DNA of 63,621 nt, the filler included, from Reticulomyxa filosa (lineage: Eukaryota > Protista > Foraminifera): the NCBI GenBank assembly GCA_000512085.1. It is 15 parts of 15 records of this genome, joined end to end, with 100 filler letters (N's around TTAATTAATTAA, not from the genome) between each part and the next. Parts side by side here need not be neighbours in the genome. Positions count along the whole stretch, not along the records: positions 39,217 to 61,447 come from ASPP01028993.1; positions 61,548 to 63,621 come from ASPP01000432.1; 13 more parts are not named here. One strand, written 5' to 3'. The stretch's first letter is position 1. Each line of letters starts with the position of its first letter. The notes below the pieces were generated by a model, which saw only the letters and a list, made by a program, of their open reading frames with translations, ran no database searches and was not told where the DNA came from. The translations under genes were made by a program, and so were the position numbers. Positions 54,526 to 63,621 of the stretch are shown here, piece by piece.

Positions 54526-55529
54526 ATGGCGAAGCGTGTGAACCGACAATTGAAGAAGCAGTTGGAAGAGCAAAAGAATTTGGAAGATGAATTGGAAAAG
54601 CTACAAAACGCAAAGGACCCAAAGGAATCATGTGCAGAAGTAATAAAGTTACTCAACAGTACATCACTGGACCCAATGCCAGACCGTGGTATGTGTGTTG
54701 CGTGTTCATGTGGTTTATATTTATCCCTTTTATAGAGGAGGGGAAAGAGAAAAGGGCGAGGAAAGAAAATAAAAATCTTTTTTATTTTTAAAAAGTCATA
54801 AACCAAACTAAGAAGCAAAGGGGGGAAAAAAAAGAAAATAATCCATTTGTGCAAGTAAGCAGTTGTTTCGTTGCTGGAACGGAAATATTAGTAAGCAAAG
54901 CAGGTGAACACAAAAAGATTGAGGACTTAGAAATCGGTGATACGGTGATATGCTTGGTGCCTACCCATGGAACGTTTAAGGAGAGCATCGACTGTGACAT
55001 CAAAGATATCCCCAAACACTTTGTAGATGCTGTTGTCACTGCTATTCACAAATCGCCTGCTTTTCACATTTGTTCTATCCAATATCGCAACCAATCCACA
55101 GTTTTTATTATTATTTGTTTATTTATTTTCTATAGTACTTTTTTTTTATCATCTAAGAAAACGTATACATAATCGTGTATGCATATAAATCGGTTATGTT
55201 ATATTTGTTTATGGAATTTATATGTTTTTGAATAGAATGAAGAACGCACGATAGAATGCACAGACAGCCATCCACTGTATGTGTACAAAGAGGGGTGGAA
55301 AAATGTAAGCGGCGTTGCCAAAAGACAGTACGCGTTTGAAATTGGAACACTCAAAGTTGGAGATGCATTGTGCCTACAAAGCGGAGACCTGGCGTACATC
55401 ACTCATATTCATCGCACATGTCTCAAAGACCCCATCACTGTGTTCAATCTAACTGCTTCCAAGGGACACACTTTTTTTGCCAATCATGTGTTTGTTCATA
55501 ACAAATGTGGTCCCTGCGCCATTTTATAA
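54526..55529 (+). CDS. G-protein gamma-like subunit containing a Hint (intein/BIL-like) domain and a C-terminal CAAX; 240 aa; exons 54526-54688, 54835-55100, 55236-55529
   Basis: N-part: coiled coil, then PKESCAEVIKLL..SLDPM..RENNPF (GGL-like). Hint: CFVAGTEI, KIEDLEIGDTV, CTDSHP, LKVGD, VFNL...HTFFANHVFVHN. Tail: KCGPCAIL*. Both GT-AG introns keep the frame. Confidence 0.85.
54864..55502 (+). other. Hint domain (168 aa, Cys1 to His-Asn), no homing endonuclease, split by intron 55101-55235
   Basis: Block A Cys codon at 54864, block B TxxH (TDSH), block F VFNL and terminal HN at 55497-55502. Confidence 0.9.
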
Positions 55530-57039
55530 GGCATTAATGCATTTTTTTTCCCTTTACCTTTGAGCTGTGGTAAACGCTCTATATGGGGCTTGTTTGGCCT
55601 GTGTTTTATTGGGGGGATTTTTTTCCTTCTCCACTGTTTGTAGAGTTCTTGAATCCCACTTGATTGTGTTTGTTTGAAAGTTTCTATGTTTGACGGATAT
55701 TCATTGGACTGTGGAAATTGTCTTTTTTTTGGTTGTTCGTTTTGTTTCTTTACCTTAAAATTGTTAGAAAAGCAGTACCAAAACTCTGGGATAGGACATC
55801 ATTAAATTTTTTACATTTTAATCTTGTAAAAAAGTTTGGCAAGTTTGCTTTGGAATACTTAACGGAGCTATACAAATAAAGAAGCTGCTTGTGATGGACA
55901 AAATAGTAAATGGCAAAATCATGTGAATCAATAGTAGTTTGTTCGGTCATTACTACAGATAAGTGAGTTATAAACATCGACACTTGCATGAAGACATACT
56001 TTTTTCCTAGTTGTTAAGAAAATACTTTCATCCATTTGTTCGGAAGTAAATGCATGAAACAGTAGGAACTTTTTGCATAACTTTCGTCCCAGTTTTAAAA
56101 AATCCTGTGTTCCATTTGGTAAATCAAAAAAGTTTTTTTTTGTAACAAATAAACAAAAATAAAGTTTTAAACAAATTTAAAATATCCAAATGTTTACAAT
56201 CAAAATTGTACTGTTTTAACGCCAGCGTTTGATAACAATAACATTTTAAGATTTGAAAAAACGCATTCTTCAAAATTTAGCATATTTGGCATTTTATATT
56301 TACCGCATAATTTTTTTTGAGCCATTTCATGAACTATTTGCCTCGGTATGTTTTAAAACTTGCCTTGTCCGGCATCAGAGTATGAATTTTTTCTAGTTTC
56401 CATCAGGAGCATTTTTTATCTCTTGTACCATCAACAAAAAAAAGCAAGTGGAAAGCATGATTTGTGTGAAAAACAATTTTGAATTAAATGTAAATGGAAT
56501 TACAAAAGCAAAAGCATACATTTAAGAAATTAACAAAGAAAATATTTGGCATTGAGAAAATCTTCTCTATTCCTGAATTTCCAAGTATTTGTCCCTAATT
56601 TTGTTCGAGCGTAACCAATCCTCAAAGGTTGGTTTCCACTTGCAAGTTATTTTCAACTAACAAACGTAAAATAGAATGTAAAGTCAAAAGGGAAAAAAAC
56701 CTTAAAACAAATTCTTCCCTCCATCAACTAACTGAAACTGTGCTTTTTTTTTTTGGAAGCAAGGAACGAAGGAAAAAAAAAAAGGATGATAAACACTGTC
56801 ACAGAAAAACAAAACAATCGTTAAAAAACAGAGGGAAAACATAAACAAAGGACACAATATGACATACACTCGCATTAAAGAAAAAAAACATCAACAATAA
56901 AATCTAAGAATGTTTTCAAATCGTTCAAAACAAAAAAAAATGTAAATGGTTTTTTTAAAACTTGTTCGGGCTTGTTTTTTTTTCTCTCTCCCCCCTCTTT
57001 CGTGATTTGTTTCCTCTGCCACCGTGTGACCATTAATGA

Positions 57040-58092
57040 TTATTTTAAATCTTTGTTGGCAAAATAATCTTTCAGCTGGAACAACTCCTTTTGGTCAACG
57101 GTGGAATTTAAGTGCTGATTGAACTCAACAGTCCAGGGGACGAAAACAACTTCAAGCAAGCGAGACACAAACAACTCGTATAAAAACATCCATTCTTTGG
57201 AATGTGTCACCAACAAGTGCTGCAGATGCAAAGAAAGAGCGGTTTTGATCTCCGAGCAAATACGCTTTACGTCAGACGATTGGTTATGCAAAGATAGCTC
57301 ACATGTCAGCACTAAACCGCAGCCACGTACTAACACACACACACAAACACACGTACACGTATACATGCACGTAATGTATACGTATATTTTATTATTCCCT
57401 GCATGAAAATTCAATTTCATTGTGAATGTGAGCTACTGTTTGTAAAGTGACAGACACAAACCTCTTACTTCCCTTTTTTTTTTTTTTTTAAAAAAAAAAG
57501 GGACAAACCAATAGGAGTATTGGTAACATAATTAATGCGATGGAAAAAGTAATCACGGCAGACAGTGGCAACGATGAAGGAGTGAATGTGCTCATTGATA
57601 TCGCGCAGCTTTTGAACAAGGGATGGCTTCCAACTCTGGAGTTGCGACTTCAAAGAGCCCGAGCCGTCGAATTTGAAGTCCACACGCTCCCAGATTTCAT
57701 AGGAGAAGGACTGCCCCGGGTACTGTTCCAGCAAATGCGGCGACGACGGCAACAAAGGCGGCGGTGGTGATGTTGACAACGGCAGTGCGAATGGGGACGG
57801 AGCGTTGGCAAGAATGGTATCCGTGGCGCTGCTGTGAGGATGGGAGGTACGAGTGGTTATTCCGTACACGTAGTCATAGGCAAGTGGTTTCCAAGCACCC
57901 TCTAACTTTGCTGCTGACGACACCGAGGCTGCGTCAATATCTACAAAGGGCATTGTCAATGGACCACAATAACAACCATATTTATATTTACCAATGGTCT
58001 CACAAAATGTAAACACCAATTTTTTCAAATGTGTTTGTTTCGAAAACACCGACCATGCTTCCGTATTTGGATTTACGATTTTTTTGGAGTTA

Positions 58093-58153
<61 letters not shown>

Positions 58154-59201
58154 CATTATTTTTATTGTTATTATTATTGTTATTGTTTGAAGGTTTCTCC
58201 AATTTCATTACTTTGAGTAAGTGGATCTTTGGCATGGCCAAAAAAGAGCGTTGAAAATGAGGTGCAACGGAAGCGGAGGAGGCGGAGACTTGGACGGACA
58301 CGGGTGTGTATGGAACGTGGTTCAGTTCGATACGAGTATGTTGATGGACAAAGGAAACGAAGGTGTGTCCGCTGTATTTCATGGCGTTGATTTGTTGCGC
58401 GAGCATCGCTACCATCGGCACGTTGGGACGGACATTGGGATAGAGCTGAATGTGATCGTATGCGTACTCCATGCCCATCAAAAAGCCGCAGCAACACTTG
58501 GGCTCCAATGGGTATTTGCGGATCACGCAATCACTTTTCACGCACTCATTGCTTTGCACATACTCCTCAATACCGTCCAAGTCGTCAACTGTTTTTCTTA
58601 TCATCGACAAATGCAACACCGGATTTGCTGCTGCTGTTGCTGTCGCTACTGCTGTTGCTGCTATCATACCGCCGCTATTGCTAGTATTGCTAGTCGTACT
58701 ATTGTTGCTATTACTATGGCCACGACCATGGCCATTACCATTGCTATTGCTAATGCTATTATTACTGTTACTGTTCATGCTATCACTATTGCTGTCCATG
58801 ACACACACTTCTTCTTTTCTTAAACATTGTACTTTCGTACTTGTCGTCGTGGATGGTTCCAAGTAATCACCACCCGTTTGACCGATTCTTGCACTCAAGT
58901 CGTTTTGCTTGTGCTCTTTCTTCTCTCTTTTTGTTGTTGTTGTATTCACATCGTCACTTTGCATTGACGTCACACCATACACCTTGCTGGGCTCGAGTAA
59001 CAGTAACACCTCTTGGCCGCTTTCTATGCTTGTGTTGGTCGTACTGTTCAGGTTTACGTTGTTGCTATTCGCTATCCTGACCGGTCCGACGCTTGCTCTC
59101 TTACCACCCTCTTTTGTAATCGAATTGTTCTTTCCTTCTACTTCTTCCTTGCTCAGGTCCTGTTCGTTGAAACCCACTTTACTTACGTCGGTGAGAAACA
59201 T
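57040..59201 (-). CDS. Hypothetical protein with Asn/Ser low-complexity tracts (at least 2 exons)
   Basis: 578-codon ORF plus a downstream ORF in more GC-rich coding-like sequence; no recognised domain. Confidence 0.65.
58094..58150. repeat. (TTA)n microsatellite encoding poly-Asn; a similar tract lies at 60715-60785
   Basis: Directly visible. Confidence 0.9.
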
Positions 59202-60149
59202 CTTTTATTCTTTATTTTCTTTATTTTCCTATTTTCGTTTAAATTATTGTTAATGTAAGAGTCTGTCACCGATTAATTAACACCGACCATGAAAGGGAAA
59301 AAGCACAAATCTTAACACAAAAAATCTCTTTGTTACCTCTTGGAAAAAATTGTTCACGCTTCCTTGATTGCTTGTTTTTAAATAATCGCTCTATCGTCGG
59401 GTCTAAATTTTAAAACACGTTCGTCTAATTTAAATCCAATTATTTGAGAAAGAACGATTCTTTTTTTATTATTTGCTTCTTATAGCCCATTTTTTTTTAG
59501 CGATCCTATAAATTATGATAACATTCAAACTTTTAATTTTTTCAATAGTTGGGATTGCTCGCTGATGTGACTATTAGGTATTTTTTTGTATTAATGTATT
59601 TTAAGCATTGAAAAAACTCCAACATTACTTATTTGTGTAGCTCTTACCATGATGCTAATCATTCAATTTTATTAGAGCAGTTATTCTGGACAAATTAGAA
59701 TTGCTACAAAGTTGACGCATAAATGTGTTAATGACTGAAACTTGAGTCCCTTGCAAACAACTCAAAAAAAAAAGAGACAAAAAATGTTTCACAGTGAGAT
59801 GTAAGTTTCAATTTTTTACATATCAATACAAGCACACATAATAAAAAAAGACACACAAAGAAAACAAACAAAAAATGTCTTTTGAACCACCTTTGCTTAA
59901 GTTATTATGAAAAAAAAGTGCATGGTTATGTTTGGCAAATGACATTGAAACGCAAAAAAAAAGAAGATATTTTTCCATTTGCCTCTATTCTAATGATAGA
60001 TCACCCACCATGCATTTCTACCAAAAAAAAAATTTTGACAACCCACTCACGTCGACTTGTTCAATGACAAATAGATAACCAGCAATAATAATCAATCCAC
60101 TATTGAAACAAAGCGAATAGAGCACCACACGATATATTGAATATATAAA

Positions 60150-61290
60150 TCATATATACATGTATACATATACATAAATGTATATGTTACCAATCTCTTC
60201 ACTTACTTCGTCAATGTGAGACTGATTAAAAAAAAAGAAATGAGTATGTGTGTCGACCAAACTTATTTGTGAAGGCACAGGTGGCAATTTGCGTTGATGC
60301 AATCTGTCTCGTGTTTGCTTTCGCACCTGAACAACAACATCTTGTGCTTGCTTGTTGGGTGGCCTGGGCCTGTCCAAAGAGATAGGCATGGATTCCCGTG
60401 GGGCGCTGTCCTGGCTGTGATAGTTGCCCGTGTCCTTGGAGGTCCACACTTCCGTGTTGTGTCGTTTGATGGAGTTTGGCGGAGGACGACTGGGGAGTGC
60501 GGGCTTGCCTTTGTTTTTGTCCTTCGAGGCGGACGCGTCATTGTCGTGGGTCTGATTGTTGTCAGTGTCGCCTCCATTCGGCTCGGAGGTGGCGACAGGT
60601 GAGTGCTGAGGACTGATTTTGGACAAGTTGGCCAAGGACCCGGAATAGCGATTAAAAGGACGAACCGGAGGAGGACGGGCTATTTTTGAGATGCTATTGT
60701 TGCTATTGTTACTATTGTTATTATTATTGTTATTAGTATTATTGTTATTAATATTATTGTTATTATTATTATTATTATTATTATTTAGAGCGCTGTCGAA
60801 AACGTGATCATTCAAAGTGTCATCATCGGACGGCGAGCTCGGTGCGGACCTGGAAGGGGCCGAGGGTGCGGAGTTCGCTGGAGGGGATGACACGATAGCG
60901 TTCGGCGAGACGGTCTTTGGCAATGAGGGTGAAACAACGCTGGTGATGTTAGGCGAGAACGACACAGGGGTGGGCGTAGATGCCACATTGGTCGTCGACG
61001 GAGCCAACAGTTTGTCCGCAAAGAATGCTCGCCCAGTGGGTAGGTTTGTGTTGGCCCCTACTGGCGTCGAAGAGATACTGTTGCGCGATGCGCGCACTGA
61101 CTCGGACAATCGCCTCTGTTGAGCCGCTTGAAATTGGTCTTTGAACACATCGTTCACAGGCGCGACACGCGACGGGTCAAACCTCTGTTCTTCCAGCGTG
61201 TCCTTCACTGTGAACACTTCTTCGGGCATCACCGGGATCTCATATTCATAGGGGTTATGTGGCGTATATGAACCGTATTCCAGCAGTCTT
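60150..61290 (-). CDS. Partial low-complexity Pro/Ser/Asn-rich protein
   Basis: GC-rich 360-codon ORF with Pro-rich motifs (PALPSRPPP, LPPVP); 5' part lost at the contig edge. Confidence 0.6.
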
Positions 61291-63621
61291 TAACATTCAA
61301 CAATAACAAAAAAAACACACACACATACTTATATACGTATACATATATATATATGTATGTGTATATACACTACTGATTTCCTATTGCACAGAGTGAGTTT
61401 GTCAAATGGACAGACTTTGTTTAAACCTTCACACAACACACACACACNNNNNNNNNNNNNNNNNNNNNNNNNNNNNNNNNNNNNNNNNNNNTTAATTAAT
61501 TAANNNNNNNNNNNNNNNNNNNNNNNNNNNNNNNNNNNNNNNNNNNNAGGTGGCATTTTATGTGTCAACTTTCTTTTTTATCCTAATGTATATTATGACA
61601 TAATTGTATTTACCAACACTGAATTTGGATTTGTATGTTTAGTTATTCAAGATACATTACAATTAAAATAGTTGTAATTGTAATATTTAATTCACATAAC
61701 TGCTACAAATTATGTGTGTGAAATTAATGCAATAAAACATACACTTGATTATGACACAAACGTTATTTGTAATATCAATATCGTGTAATCACTTTGATTA
61801 ATTGCAAATTTATTGCTAATTCACTGAAGAATAAACGGAATCCTGAATAAAATAACATCAAATTGTGACATGCCAACAAATTCTTAATAATTTGACAATA
61901 GAAATGTTCATAAAATCTATTTGATTAAAGTACATTCAGGAATATAATTAAACGACATAGCAGACATTGTTGCGAAAATGGCAAGAAGAACTGCAAAAAT
62001 AAAATAACACTATTTAACTCAAACTAGAAACAAAATATTATCATTCATAAAATGATCATATATTAAACATCTCATTAACAACAGCATAGAGTCGACATTA
62101 GATAAAAGAAAGTATTAAAATTTATAACAAAAATTCAAAAATATTTTTATCAAAACTTAGAAAAGCTCAATTATTTGAAACAGTTCTAAATATACTCATA
62201 GTTGGAGAACGAAAAGTGATTTGTAGGCTAATTACTGGAAATGTTAGACTGAATAAGTTTTTACAAATCAAAAAATATGACAATCCATTTTGTAAACGGT
62301 GTGGCAGAGAACTAAAACAAGTTGAACACTTTTTGACGAAATGCTCACATTCAACACATTGAGTGAAAGATTGTGGACAAATGTACATAAATTACTTCGT
62401 TTTGTGATTGGAAAGAAGGATTTGTAACTAGAAATCAGAGTAGTGTATTGAAAGAAACAGCTGCATTGTTATTCAAACCGACAGAAAAATTTGAATAAAA
62501 TTTTATTATAACTCAGAATCTTTAATGATTTTGACACTAAATATTGAATATTTTATATCCTGTTATTCCCTTGTCAATTTTTTTTTTTGTAAGTGCTAGT
62601 GCTCATTTTGGACAAGGTACTTTTATTAGAACTTGGAAACGCTTTGTTTGAACGACTAAGGGAAATTTTTGAAGTTGGAAAAATATTAGTAATCTCAATA
62701 AAAAAATTTGATATATCGGATTGTAGTAGTTCGTTATAGATTATTATCTAGAATTTGATGTCATCTTTCTCTTTAACCTTCTTGACATGGGTGGGTTTTT
62801 TGTTGAACTTGGCCTTGGCCTTGTTTTTGAGCGCGGGTCTGTATCGTGTTAATCAAGTGAGGAATGAAGTTCAATGGGAAGCTCGTCACTTCAGCCCTTT
62901 ATGGTTTTCAGTATTTTTCACTATAATCTTCATAGCTGGTAATGGAGCAGTCTAGCTTGATTACACCTTGTTTTTTGTGTGTATGTGTATCCAAGTCTGT
63001 AGAAAATAGTCATGACCTCCATCCGTTCATGAAAGATGAATTAAATATACAAACAATGTGATTGTGTATAGTGGAGAGGAACCTACAGCTATTCGGGAGC
63101 GTATCTGGATATTTCGATTTGGGAACTCAATTGAGATGGATACTCAATAATTTTTTTACCTTTGGACTTTTGTGTTCCTACGGCCTAAGGTAAGATGTAA
63201 ACGAAGACAAAGACCTCTTTCTGTTCCTCATCTTCGACCCCTTTAAAAAAAAAAAAAAAGAACAAAACATACCAACAACAAACACAGAGCATGGATTGTC
63301 CATTTCGATTACCACACTGGCGTAGCAATGCTAATTCAAATCACGGATTGGCAGCTGAGCGATCCGAAAGCCCGTGAAGAATTCGAGTGGTTCATTTCTA
63401 ATAAAACCAGCTACGGGTCTCCAAAGTACCTCACCCAATTTTTAACAGCCATGGTACTTGTTCTAACACTTTCCATTTGGTATGTTTTTTTTTTTTTTTT
63501 TTCTCATCACATAATTTTTTCCTTACATTATACGTGTTTTTTTTTCCTCTCCCTTTTTTGCCTTCCCCTCCCCCCCTCTTTTTTTTTTTTTTTTTTTTTT
63601 ATAAAAAAAAAAAAAAAAAAA

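Noticed and set aside
57994-58866. Plus-strand ORFs with poly-Leu, poly-Tyr or poly-Cys
   Set aside because: Antisense shadows of the poly-Asn/Ser/Ala minus-strand gene.

Overview
The window is a concatenation of 15 AT-rich eukaryotic contigs joined by 14 artificial spacers (N44-TTAATTAATTAA-N44), so adjacency across spacers means nothing. Gene families and intron style suggest the foraminiferan Reticulomyxa filosa or a relative (inference). Content: several WD40 paralogues and pseudogenes, kelch proteins, three decayed caspase-like genes, LINE (APE-RT-RNase H) and Tc1/mariner elements, a G-alpha 3' exon, a gp78/HRD1-like RING-CUE ligase, a five-GYF protein and an FAD oxidoreductase. The standout is a three-exon gene at 54526-55529 (+). 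It encodes a heterotrimeric G-protein gamma-like subunit with a 168-aa Hint (intein/BIL-like) domain inserted between the conserved NPF motif and the C-terminal CAAX box. Precise removal of the Hint would give a canonical-sized 72-aa G-gamma. The gene sits head-to-head with a kelch-WD40 fusion gene on the same contig. All domain calls come from motif recognition by eye; no searches were run.
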